Shown: positions 9,564 through 17,376 of the stretch, in pieces
Layout of the letters: each line of letters opens with the position of its first letter
Position numbering within the stretch: position 1 is the first letter of the stretch
DNA from: Candidatus Rokuibacteriota bacterium
GTDB taxonomy: Bacteria; Methylomirabilota; Methylomirabilia; Rokubacteriales; DASRDR01
Assembly: GCA_044866005.1 (NCBI GenBank)
Contig: JBIOTN010000150.1
Coordinates: 1-32,989 of the forward strand
DNA: 32,989 nucleotides
Direction: 5' to 3'
The notes under the pieces: model-generated
Told to the model about the DNA's origin: nothing
What the model saw: only the letters and a program-made list of their open reading frames with translations
The model's database searches: none
Translations under genes and position numbers: made by a program

Positions 9564-9908
9564 TCAGCAGCGCGCGGCTTCGCGCAGCTTCGCCTCGATC
9601 CGGTCCCCGACCTTCATGTCCTGCAGCGTCTCCCTCGAGGCGTTGAACTCCTTGATGCCGTCGGAGGTGCGGATGCTCACGTGGCCGCGGTCGGCGTCCA
9701 CGCTCACGACCTGACCCTCGATCCGCTCGGGCGGCCGGCTCTTCGGATCGAAGGCGGTCCGCTGGGGCTCCTTGCAGGGCTCGACCGTCTGAGACGGCTG
9801 AGACGGCTGAGCCGGCTGGGCCGGCTGGCTCGTGCCCTGCGCGAGGGCCGTCCCGCCCAAGAGCAGCACGACGGCGAGCGCGGGCCCGAGGATTCGCGCG
9901 GTTTTCAT
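9564..9908 (-). CDS. Small secreted protein with QP-rich linker and OB-fold-like domain
   Basis: Signal peptide ending ALA-Q; QPAQPAQPSQPSQ repeat; IEGQVVSVDADRGHVSI...MKVGDRIEAKL; AGGGGG RBS. Confidence 0.7.
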   Translation of the reverse strand: MKTARILGPALAVVLLLGGTALAQGTSQPAQPAQPSQPSQTVEPCKEPQRTAFDPKSRPPERIEGQVVSVDADRGHVSIRTSDGIKEFNASRETLQDMKVGDRIEAKLREAARC

Positions 9909-9927
9909 GACGTGTCCCCCTGCCTCG

Positions 9928-10137
9928 CTAGTCTTTGACGATGTCATAGATCGCGCCCGCGACGGCACCCACGCCCGCACCGACCAGGGCCCCGCGGCCG
10001 GGGTCGTGCCGGGTGCCGGCGGCGATGGCCGCGCCGCTGCCGGCGCCGATCGCCGCGCCCTTCACCGACGAGCACGCCGCCGTGACCAGCGCGAGGAGCG
10101 AAAGCGCCGCGACCCGGGAAATCATCTGCCGCTTCAT
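9928..10137 (-). CDS. Small glycine-zipper lipoprotein
   Basis: Lipobox TAAC; GAAIGAGSGAAIA...GALVGAGVGAVAGA; purine-rich RBS. Confidence 0.8.
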   Translation of the reverse strand: MKRQMISRVAALSLLALVTAACSSVKGAAIGAGSGAAIAAGTRHDPGRGALVGAGVGAVAGAIYDIVKD

Positions 10138-10182
10138 CGTTCTCTCTCCTTCCCGTAGTCCTCCCTCGGGCCGGTGATGCGG

Positions 10183-10198
10183 TGCAAGGCGGATACCA
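10183..10198 (-). promoter_or_regulatory. sigma54 promoter of the small lipoprotein / secreted protein pair
   Basis: Minus strand TGGTATCCGCCTTGCA, GG-N10-GC, about 45 nt upstream of ATG 10137. Confidence 0.7.
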
Positions 10199-10384
10199 CT
10201 CGTCCCGTGGGGACCTGCTGGCGGCGTCGAGCCGCGAGTGAGGGTCGCGCCATGTCCGGAGGAGGACAGCAGTGTCGAGGCCGCTTACGCCGCCGAAGTC
10301 CACACGGCGCCCGCACCCGGAAGCCGAGGTGGGCCGGCCACGCCGCGACCCGGAAGACCGTGGTCGCGTTTGAGCGGTGACGCC

Positions 10385-11311
10385 TTACGGTGTGACCCCG
10401 GGCCCGGCCTTCCGCGCACGGACGACGTCGGCGATGAGCCGGATGTGGACGGGGGTGGAACCGCAGCAGGCGCCGGCGATGGTACAGCCGGCCTCGATGA
10501 GGGCGGGGTAATCCCGCGCCATCGCCTCGGGCCCGAGCTCGTAGGTGACCCGGTCTCCCGTCGTGATGGGCAGCCCCGCGTTCGGGTACGCGACGAGCGG
10601 CGCGTCGGTCACGCCGCGCATCTCGCGGATGATCACGATGGCCCGATCGGGCCCCCGGCCGCAGTTCATGCCGACCACGTCGGCGCCGCCGGCCCGGAGC
10701 TTCTGGGCCACCTCCGCCGGGCTTTCCCCCCACATCGTCCGGTCTCGGTCGTGCAGCTCCTCGTACATGAAGAACATGGTCGCCATGACGGGGAGGCCGG
10801 TGGCTTCCTTGCAGGCCCGGATCGCGGCGAGCGCCTCCTCGGGGTACATCATCGTCTCCACGGCGAAGAGATCGACCCCCCCCTCGGCGAGCGCCTCGGC
10901 CTGCTCCTTGAAGTTCTCGTAGAGCTCCTGCTCGGTCACGTCGCCGTAGGGCTCGACGATGTGGCTGGTCGGGCCGATGGACCCCGCGACGTAGCCGTAC
11001 GGCGGGCAGACGTCCCGGGCGAGCCGCGCGCCCTTCTCGTTCAGCTCCCGCGTGCGGTCGGGGATCTTGTAGGCGCCGAACTTCAGCCGCGTGCCGCCGA
11101 ACGTGTTCGTCTCCACGAAGTCGGAGCCCGCGTCGAAGTAGGCGGCGTGGATGCGCCGGACGACGTCGGCGTGGGTGTCGTTCCAGAGCTCGGGACAGGC
11201 CCCGTCGAGCAGGCCCGCGGCGAAGAGCATCGTGCCGTAGCCGCCGTCGAAGACGAGGAGGTCCCCGCTCCTGACGCGCTCCAGCCACTCGCGCCCTTTC
11301 GCCGCGCCCAC
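10385..11311 (-). CDS. Homocysteine S-methyltransferase domain protein (stand-alone MetH N-terminal module)
   Basis: DGGYGTML, ETNTFG, AGSIGPT, GMNC, YPNAGLP, GACCGSTP (Zn-ligand cysteines). Confidence 0.9.
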   Translation of the reverse strand: MGAAKGREWLERVRSGDLLVFDGGYGTMLFAAGLLDGACPELWNDTHADVVRRIHAAYFDAGSDFVETNTFGGTRLKFGAYKIPDRTRELNEKGARLARDVCPPYGYVAGSIGPTSHIVEPYGDVTEQELYENFKEQAEALAEGGVDLFAVETMMYPEEALAAIRACKEATGLPVMATMFFMYEELHDRDRTMWGESPAEVAQKLRAGGADVVGMNCGRGPDRAIVIIREMRGVTDAPLVAYPNAGLPITTGDRVTYELGPEAMARDYPALIEAGCTIAGACCGSTPVHIRLIADVVRARKAGPGVTP

Positions 11312-11322
11312 CGGACTCCCGT

Positions 11323-12012
11323 CTACGCGAGGCGGGCGCCGGCGTCCGGGACCGCCGCGCCCGTGAGGGCCTTGGCCTTGACCACCGCGAGCGTCGAATC
11401 CCGCGCGTACCCGTCGGCGCCGATCTCGTCGGCAAAGGCCTGGCTCACCGGCGCGCCGCCGATCATCACCCGGACGCGCGCGCGGAGGCCCGCCTTCGTC
11501 AGCGCGTCGAGGGTGCGCTTCATCGCGGGCATGGTGGTCGTCATGAGGGCGGAGATCCCGACGATGTTCGCCCCGTGCTCCTCGACCGCCTTGCAGAACG
11601 CTTCCGGCGAGACGTCGCGGCCGAGGTTCACGACCTTGAACCCCGCCCCCTCCAGCATCATCGCGACGAGGTTTTTCCCGATGTCGTGGAGGTCGCCCTG
11701 CGCCGTCCCGATGACGACGGTGCCGAGATAATCGCTCGTCGCCGCGGCCGTGATGAGCGGCTTGAGGAGGTCGAGCCCCGCGTACATGGCACGCGCCGAG
11801 AGCAGCACCTGCGGCACGTAGTACTCGTTGCGGCGGAACTTCTCGCCCACGACGTCCATGCCGGGGATGAGCCCCTTGAAGATGATCTCCTTGGGATCGA
11901 GGCCGAGGTCCAGGCCTTCCCGGGTCATCCGGGCCACCGTGTCCTTGTCGCCGAGGATGAGCGCCCGCGCGATGCGCGGGTAATCGTACGCGCCGTCCCG
12001 GCCGCTGCTCAT
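11323..12012 (-). CDS. Corrinoid (B12-binding) protein: cap domain plus Rossmann domain
   Basis: GLIPGMDVVGEKF...YVPQVLLSA; GDLHDIGKNLV (DxHxxG); SALMTTT; IGGAP; AAGGAGG RBS before ATG 12012. Confidence 0.92.
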   Translation of the reverse strand: MSSGRDGAYDYPRIARALILGDKDTVARMTREGLDLGLDPKEIIFKGLIPGMDVVGEKFRRNEYYVPQVLLSARAMYAGLDLLKPLITAAATSDYLGTVVIGTAQGDLHDIGKNLVAMMLEGAGFKVVNLGRDVSPEAFCKAVEEHGANIVGISALMTTTMPAMKRTLDALTKAGLRARVRVMIGGAPVSQAFADEIGADGYARDSTLAVVKAKALTGAAVPDAGARLA

Positions 12013-12052
12013 CGCCCTCCTTGTAACACGGCCCCCGGGGACCGACAAGGCG

Positions 12053-13012
12053 TCACGACTGCCGCGACTCTCTCGCGGGCTCGTGCGCCAGGAGGTCTTC
12101 CTGTCTGGTCCACAGGACGCAGCGGTCCGTGAGCTTGCACTCCGGCACGCACGGCTCGGCGTGCACGACCACGTGCGAGTTCCGGATGCTGCGCTCGATC
12201 TCCTTCTCGATGTGGTCGACGATGTCGTGGGCGTCCCCGAGCGGTAGGTGCCGGCACAGCACGACGGAGAAGTCGATCTGGCGCTGGGATCCGGCGCGCC
12301 GCGTCCGGAGATCGTGCGAGGAGACGACGAACTTGTGGCAGTGGATGATCCGCTCGATCTCGCGCTGCTCCTCGGCCGGGATCGCCGCGTCCATGAGGTC
12401 GCGCACGGAGCGGGTGACGATGCGATAGCCGGACCGCAGGATGAGCCCGCCGACGCCCATGGCGATCAGCGGATCGAAGACCGCCGAGCCCGTCAGCCTC
12501 AGCAGGACGAGCGCCACGAGCACCCCGGCATTGGTCCACACGTCCGTGGCGTAGTGCAGGGAATCGGCCATGAGCACCATCGAGTCCGTCCGGACGGCGA
12601 CCTGGCGGAGGTGCCGGGTGATCCACCAGCTCACCGCGATGGACACCGCCATCACCGCGACGCCCCACTCGGTGTGCTCGGGCCGTGTCCCCCGCAGCAG
12701 CCGCCGCACCGCCTCGACGATGATGAAGCCGCCCAGCGCCGCGATCGCCGTGGCCTGCACGAGGCCGGCGAGATTCTCCACCTTCCCGTGGCCGTAGGGG
12801 TGCCCCTCGTCGGCTGGCGAATCCGCGACGTGGATGGAGAAGAGGTTCAGGCTCGAGACGATGACGTCCATGAGCGAGTCGGCGGCTGCCGAGATGAGGC
12901 CGATCGAGTTGGTGGCGAGGCCGGTCGCGAGCTTCAGCACGGCGAGCCCAGCCGCGCCGCCGATGGCGACCTTCTCGGCGCGCGTCTTCGGAGACATGGT
13001 CCGGCCCAGCAT
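12053..13012 (-). CDS. Cation diffusion facilitator (FieF-like) metal efflux transporter
   Basis: DSLMD, HPYGHGKVE, ADSLHYATD, HDLRTR, VHAEP. Start uncertain (12997-13024). Confidence 0.88.
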   Translation of the reverse strand: MLGRTMSPKTRAEKVAIGGAAGLAVLKLATGLATNSIGLISAAADSLMDVIVSSLNLFSIHVADSPADEGHPYGHGKVENLAGLVQATAIAALGGFIIVEAVRRLLRGTRPEHTEWGVAVMAVSIAVSWWITRHLRQVAVRTDSMVLMADSLHYATDVWTNAGVLVALVLLRLTGSAVFDPLIAMGVGGLILRSGYRIVTRSVRDLMDAAIPAEEQREIERIIHCHKFVVSSHDLRTRRAGSQRQIDFSVVLCRHLPLGDAHDIVDHIEKEIERSIRNSHVVVHAEPCVPECKLTDRCVLWTRQEDLLAHEPARESRQS

Positions 13013-13070
13013 CCCTCCCATCATATCAGCCGCCCGTCTCGCGGCCGTCACGATGCGCTCCGGCGTTCGC

Positions 13071-13862
13071 TCACGCGCGCCGGCCCAGCCAGCGCTCGCG
13101 CAGCTCCTCCAGGGAACGGACCGCGAGGTCTGCGCGCCCTTCGCCCTCGCCGTCGCTCGCCGGATCGACCCAGATCGTGAACATCCCGGCCGCGCGGCCG
13201 CCCGCGACGTCGGTCGCCAGGCTGTCCCCGACCATCGCGGCCTCACCCGGGCGGCAGCCCAGACGCTCGAGCGCCATCTCGAAGATCGGGCGGTGGGGCT
13301 TGCCGACCACGACCGGTCGCGCGCCGCCGGCGACCGCGATGGCCTCGGCCAGGGCGCCGCAGCCCGGGTCGAACTCGCCGGGGGCGACGGGCAGCCGGGG
13401 ATCGAGGTTCACGGTGAAGAACGCGGCGCCCGACGCGACCGCGCGCGACGCCGCGCGGAGGCGCGCGAAGTCGAAGGCCGGGTCGTTCCCGACGGCCACG
13501 GCCTGCGCGCGCGGCCACTCCGCGACCGGCAGCGCGGTGTGTCCCGCCGCCTCGAGGACCTGCCGCATCTCGTCCGTGCCGAGTCCGAGCACCCGCACGG
13601 GACCCACGCGGCGCCGGATCGTCTCGCCGAGCAGCTCCAGCGCGGCCAGCACCGCGTCCGGCGGGGTGGCGATGCCGAGCCGGGTGAGGCGCTCGCTGAG
13701 CGCGGGGGCCAGCTCGCGGGAGCTGTTGGTGACGAAGACGACCCGCCGACCCTCGGCCCGCAGCGTCGCGACCAAATCGGCGGCGCCGGGCAGCAGCGTC
13801 TGGCCGGCCCAGATGCAGCCGTCGAGGTCGAAGGCGAAGCCGCGCAGATCGTGGAGCGTCAT
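13071..13862 (-). CDS. HAD-IIA (NagD-like) hydrolase/phosphatase
   Basis: FDLDGC, FVTNSS, VVGKP, MVGDSLATDVAGG; TGATG coupling to the upstream MFS gene. Confidence 0.9.
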   Translation of the reverse strand: MTLHDLRGFAFDLDGCIWAGQTLLPGAADLVATLRAEGRRVVFVTNSSRELAPALSERLTRLGIATPPDAVLAALELLGETIRRRVGPVRVLGLGTDEMRQVLEAAGHTALPVAEWPRAQAVAVGNDPAFDFARLRAASRAVASGAAFFTVNLDPRLPVAPGEFDPGCGALAEAIAVAGGARPVVVGKPHRPIFEMALERLGCRPGEAAMVGDSLATDVAGGRAAGMFTIWVDPASDGEGEGRADLAVRSLEELRERWLGRRA

Positions 13863-15022
13863 CAGAGGCCCGCGACCCGTGCCGCCGCGGCACCGGGACC
13901 GCCGCGCATGTGACGGAGGGCGAGCGGCAGGCAGGGCAGCGCGGCGAGACCGAGGACCACGTAGACCGCCAGCGGGCCCGCGTGCGCGAGCAGCGAGGTC
14001 GCCGCCAGCGGCCCCACGAACGAGGCGGCGATCCGCGACGAGTTGATCAGGCCGAGCGTCTGCCCGCGGACCCGCGGGGCGACGTGCGCGAAGAGCAGCG
14101 GGAAGAGCGGGGCGATGCTGAAGACCTGGACGGCGCGGACCGCCCCGAACCACCAGACGGTGGGCGCGACGCCCAGCAGGCAGAGCCCGACGGCCGACGC
14201 GTAGGTCATCCCGCGAATGGCCGCGCGGTCCCCGGCGACCTCGGCCAGGCGCGGGGAGGCGAAGGCGCCCGCCGCGGCGGCCGCGCCCGAGACGAACACG
14301 AGGACGCCTCCGGCCTCGAGGCGGTGGCTCTCCGGTACGCCAAAGCCGGCCAGGACGTCGGGGAGGATGGCCGGCAGGAAGGCGATCTGCGCGGTGCCCG
14401 CGAGCGACAGGAGGCTCACCCCCACGATCTCCGGCCACGGCGCCGTCTCCGCGGCCGGCGGCGGCGCCACCGCGGACACCCTCCGGACCCCCCACGCGAC
14501 GATCCACGCGCTCACGCCGAGCAGGATACCCGCCAGGACGAACGACCGCCCGTAGCCGATGCGCGCCGCCGTGACGGCCCCGGCGAGCGGCCCGAAGATC
14601 TGACCCACGGTGAGCGCCGACTGGTACGCCGAGATGCCGCGGCGGAGGTCGGCGTCCCGGGCGGCGCCGACCATCATGAAGCCGAGGGTGGAGGCGCCGC
14701 CGATCAGGCCGAGGCCGAGCCGGATGAGGAAGAGGTGCGGCAGCGTGACGGCCCAGGCCATGCCGACGAACGTGAGGGACTGCGCGCTCACCGCGCCGAC
14801 GTAGAGCCACTTCGGGCTCACCCGGGTCGCGAGCCAGCCCCACATCGCGGCCGATGGCACCGTGACGAGGCCGGTGATGCCGAGGATCCAGCCGATCCAG
14901 CGGAGCGTCGTCGGCGCGTCGTGCGGGCTGATGGCGGTGACGTAGAAGGGCAGGCTCACGTAGACGAACGACCAGGCGAAGTTGCCGAGGAGCTGCGCGA
15001 ACGCGAGGGTCTGATGCCCCAC
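13862..15022 (-). CDS. MFS transporter
   Basis: About 12 hydrophobic segments; RLGLGLIGG, GQIFGPLAG, RGQTLG patterns. Confidence 0.8.
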   Translation of the reverse strand: MGHQTLAFAQLLGNFAWSFVYVSLPFYVTAISPHDAPTTLRWIGWILGITGLVTVPSAAMWGWLATRVSPKWLYVGAVSAQSLTFVGMAWAVTLPHLFLIRLGLGLIGGASTLGFMMVGAARDADLRRGISAYQSALTVGQIFGPLAGAVTAARIGYGRSFVLAGILLGVSAWIVAWGVRRVSAVAPPPAAETAPWPEIVGVSLLSLAGTAQIAFLPAILPDVLAGFGVPESHRLEAGGVLVFVSGAAAAAGAFASPRLAEVAGDRAAIRGMTYASAVGLCLLGVAPTVWWFGAVRAVQVFSIAPLFPLLFAHVAPRVRGQTLGLINSSRIAASFVGPLAATSLLAHAGPLAVYVVLGLAALPCLPLALRHMRGGPGAAAARVAGL

Positions 15023-15083
15023 CGTCGCGCTCAGGCGGCGACCGATGGCGGTCGAGACAACGCCGGCCCGTGGCGCCGCGCGC

Positions 15084-15452
15084 TCAGCGGGCCCCGGTAC
15101 CGCCCGGTGCCGGCCCTCGGGTCCCCCCGAGCGCGGGGAAGCCGCCCGGGTCGAGGTCGCTCCCGGCGCGAAGCACGTCGAGACGGCCCCGCATGGACAC
15201 GATCTCGGCCTGCTGGCTCGCGATGATCGCCTCGGCGAGCTGGCGGACGAGCGGGTCGCGCCCGTGCACGAGGAGCAGCCGCGCCATCTCCACCGCGCCC
15301 TCGTGGTGCGGGATCATCATCGCGAGGAAGTCCCGGTCCGGGTCGCCGGTCATCGGCGCCGCCTGCATCCGTCGCGTCATCGCCGCCATCGAGGCGTGCA
15401 TGGCGACGTCGAAGCCCCCGGCCGGTCCATCGGACACGCGCGCCGTGCCCAT
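15084..15452 (-). CDS. DUF305 / CopM-like ferritin-fold protein
   Basis: GDPDRDFLAMMIPHHEGAVEMA...LAEAIIASQQAEI; Met/His-rich; GGAGGAG RBS before ATG 15452. Alternative GTG start at 15491. Confidence 0.85.
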   Translation of the reverse strand: MGTARVSDGPAGGFDVAMHASMAAMTRRMQAAPMTGDPDRDFLAMMIPHHEGAVEMARLLLVHGRDPLVRQLAEAIIASQQAEIVSMRGRLDVLRAGSDLDPGGFPALGGTRGPAPGGTGAR

Positions 15453-15487
15453 CCGTCGCTCCTCCGCGGCCCGCGCGGGCCGGCCGC

Positions 15488-16855
15488 TCACGCCGTCTGG
15501 CCCGGGGCGCCGGGCCGGACGTAGACGAGGTTGATGCTCTTCTTGTTCCGGAGCGAGCCCGACGGGAGGGCCATCGCCCCGAGCGGGATCTGCGCCACGA
15601 ACGCGGGGGCGAACGGGTTCGACACGTCGAACGCGCTCGCGACGGTCTGGCCCGCGGCCGGCGTCCCGGGCAGCTCGTCCTGCTCGTGGGCGACGTAGAG
15701 GCGCGTGCCCGCGGGATTCGTCCACAGGCCGTGCGCCTCGCGCCCGTGCGTGAAGAACGTCGCGGCCACGCGGCGCGAGCCCGGCGCCGCGGCGCGGTCG
15801 ATGATCGCGATCTGGCTCGACGCCACGCCGCCGGGCCCCCCGTCGTCCACCCGGGCCAGGCTGACGTAGATGGCCCTCCCGCGCGCGTTCTCCACGAACT
15901 CGAGGTGGTTGGGGCGGGCCAGGGCCCCCAGCGCCACCGTGTCGAGGACCCGGTGTGGCTCGCGCGCCTCGAGGGCGGAGACGCGGTCGGCGAGCTTGTG
16001 GGACATCCAGACCTCGGCGCCGTCGGGCGAGGTCTTCAGGAACGGCGTGAAGCCCGGCGGGTCCTGCGCGGCGATGTCGAGCGTGGCCTTCCGCGCGGGG
16101 TGGGACCGCCCCTGGCCGTCGGCCTGCACCGCGAAGACGTCCACCCGCGGCGTCTTCTGGCTCACCACGAAGGCCAGCGCCCCGTCGGCCGAGAACCAGA
16201 CCTGGGCGGGGCCGTTCACGGTCGGCACGTAGGCCCGCACCGCGCCGGCCGGGACCCCGCCGCTCTCCCTCGTCGCCGCCTCGAGATCGAGGATCGCGAT
16301 CCGGTCCTCGCCCCGGACGGCGACCCACAGCTCCTTCCCGTTCCGCGTGAAGGTCGGCTCGTGAGGCTCCCGGCCCACCAGGATGCCGCTCGACAGCCGC
16401 TCCGCGTTCGTGCTCGGGCCGGCCTGCGGGTTCGGCGTGTTGCCGACGACCCGCTTCGCCACGGTGTCGATCAGGTACACGTTGCTGGTGCCCCGCCCGC
16501 TCGTCGCGAGGAGCCGGCCGTCGGGCGACGGCACGACCCCGTGGACCGCGATCGCGCCGTGGTAGAGGGGCTTTCCGACCATGGCGGCGTGGGTCGGCAT
16601 CGCCCCGCCCGTCACGAACCGGAAGGGCGGCCGGGGGTCCTCGTCGAAGCTCGTCAGGTTGATCGTGGTGTCCACGGTGTTGGAGCGCGGGTCGATCACG
16701 CTGACCGTGTTCGAGTCCTCGTTGGCGATGAAGACCCGGTCGGTCGGCTCGACCGCGACGCCCTGCGCCTGGGCCACCGCCCGCCGGCCGGGCGCCGAGG
16801 CCGCGAGCGCCCCCGCCACCGCCGCCTTCAGGACCGCTCGCCGCGACATGTCCAT
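15488..16855 (-). CDS. Tat-exported YncE/YVTN-type beta-propeller protein
   Basis: Twin-arginine signal SRRAVLK; FIANEDSNTVSVID, SPDGRLL, GREPHEPTF; AGGAGG RBS. Confidence 0.85.
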   Translation of the reverse strand: MDMSRRAVLKAAVAGALAASAPGRRAVAQAQGVAVEPTDRVFIANEDSNTVSVIDPRSNTVDTTINLTSFDEDPRPPFRFVTGGAMPTHAAMVGKPLYHGAIAVHGVVPSPDGRLLATSGRGTSNVYLIDTVAKRVVGNTPNPQAGPSTNAERLSSGILVGREPHEPTFTRNGKELWVAVRGEDRIAILDLEAATRESGGVPAGAVRAYVPTVNGPAQVWFSADGALAFVVSQKTPRVDVFAVQADGQGRSHPARKATLDIAAQDPPGFTPFLKTSPDGAEVWMSHKLADRVSALEAREPHRVLDTVALGALARPNHLEFVENARGRAIYVSLARVDDGGPGGVASSQIAIIDRAAAPGSRRVAATFFTHGREAHGLWTNPAGTRLYVAHEQDELPGTPAAGQTVASAFDVSNPFAPAFVAQIPLGAMALPSGSLRNKKSINLVYVRPGAPGQTA

Positions 16856-16889
16856 TCCCCGTATCCTCCTTCCGCCGCCATCCAACGCC

Positions 16890-16920
16890 ATCATACTGGC
16901 ACTATTGTGCCGGCCCGGAA
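16890..16920 (-). promoter_or_regulatory. Promoter with a dyad operator in the spacer
   Basis: Minus strand TTCCGG-N19-TATGAT; the spacer contains GGCAC-N4-GTGCC (16898-16911). Confidence 0.45.
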
Positions 16921-16975
16921 CGAGTCCCGTCCACCGGGGCCTGGACGACCCGGGCACCCGCCGCCACCCCGGCCT

Positions 16976-17005
16976 TTGCTCGAACCCCGGCGAGGGCGGT
17001 ATACT
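16976..17005 (+). promoter_or_regulatory. sigma70 promoter of the riboswitch-pup operon
   Basis: TTGCTC-N18-TATACT, placing the start of transcription near 17012, about 10 nt before the aptamer. Confidence 0.7.
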
Positions 17006-17021
17006 CTGGCTGGTACGACGC

Positions 17022-17075
17022 GGGCGATGGAGTTCGCCCCGAACCGCTGCTCCAGGGGCAGCTGATAACTCCTAC
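17022..17075 (+). ncRNA. Fluoride riboswitch aptamer (crcB motif)
   Basis: GGGCGATGGAGTTCGCCC...AACCGC...GCTGATAACTCCTAC. P1 is GGGCGA/TCGCCC, loop GGAGT pseudoknots with ACTCC (17068-72), P2 is GCTGCT/GGCAGC. Matches the crcB consensus as I recall it. Confidence 0.93.
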
Positions 17076-17104
17076 TGGCGATGTCCGGTAGGAGTCTTCG
17101 TTTT
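17068..17104 (+). terminator. Riboswitch-controlled intrinsic terminator T1
   Basis: ACTCCTACTGG-CGATGT-CCGGTAGGAGT followed by CTTCGTTTT. Its 5' arm overlaps the aptamer pseudoknot strand. Confidence 0.85.
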
Positions 17105-17135
17105 CCGGGCTCCTGCCGGAGCCCGGATTTGTTTT
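17104..17135 (+). terminator. Second intrinsic terminator T2 in the leader
   Basis: TCCGGGCTCC-TGCC-GGAGCCCGGA perfect 10-bp stem followed by TTTGTTTT. Confidence 0.8.
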
Positions 17136-17169
17136 CCGGACCGGAGGTGGGCCTCCCAGGAGGTGCGTC

Positions 17170-17370
17170 ATGGCGGAGCAGGAGCGCAAGAGCCGACGCT
17201 CTACGGAACCCGAAAAACGCGAGGAGGCGCCCGCCGCGAACCCGAAGGTGGCGGAAAAAGGCAAGGCGCTGAAGAAGAGCATGGACGAGATCATCGACGA
17301 CATCGACGGCGTCCTCGAGGAGAACGCCGAGGAGTTCGTGAAGAGCTACGTCCAGCGCGGCGGAGAGTAG
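17170..17370 (+). CDS. pup: Prokaryotic ubiquitin-like protein Pup
   Basis: 66 aa, disordered N-terminus, DEIIDDIDGVLEENAEEFVKSYVQRGGE C-terminus (Pup signature); AGGAGG RBS. Confidence 0.93.
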   Translation: MAEQERKSRRSTEPEKREEAPAANPKVAEKGKALKKSMDEIIDDIDGVLEENAEEFVKSYVQRGGE

Positions 17371-17376
17371 CGGCGG

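Noticed and set aside
9789..9831. 9-nt tandem repeat
   Set aside because: It simply encodes the QPAQPAQPSQPSQ low-complexity linker.
16896..16912. TGGCAC...TGC as a sigma54 promoter
   Set aside because: GG-to-GC spacing is 9 nt on both strands, not the required 10. Treated as a dyad operator instead.
17170..17370. UBact rather than Pup
   Set aside because: The C-terminal LEENAEEFVKSYVQRGGE follows the Pup pattern, not the UBact-type ending.
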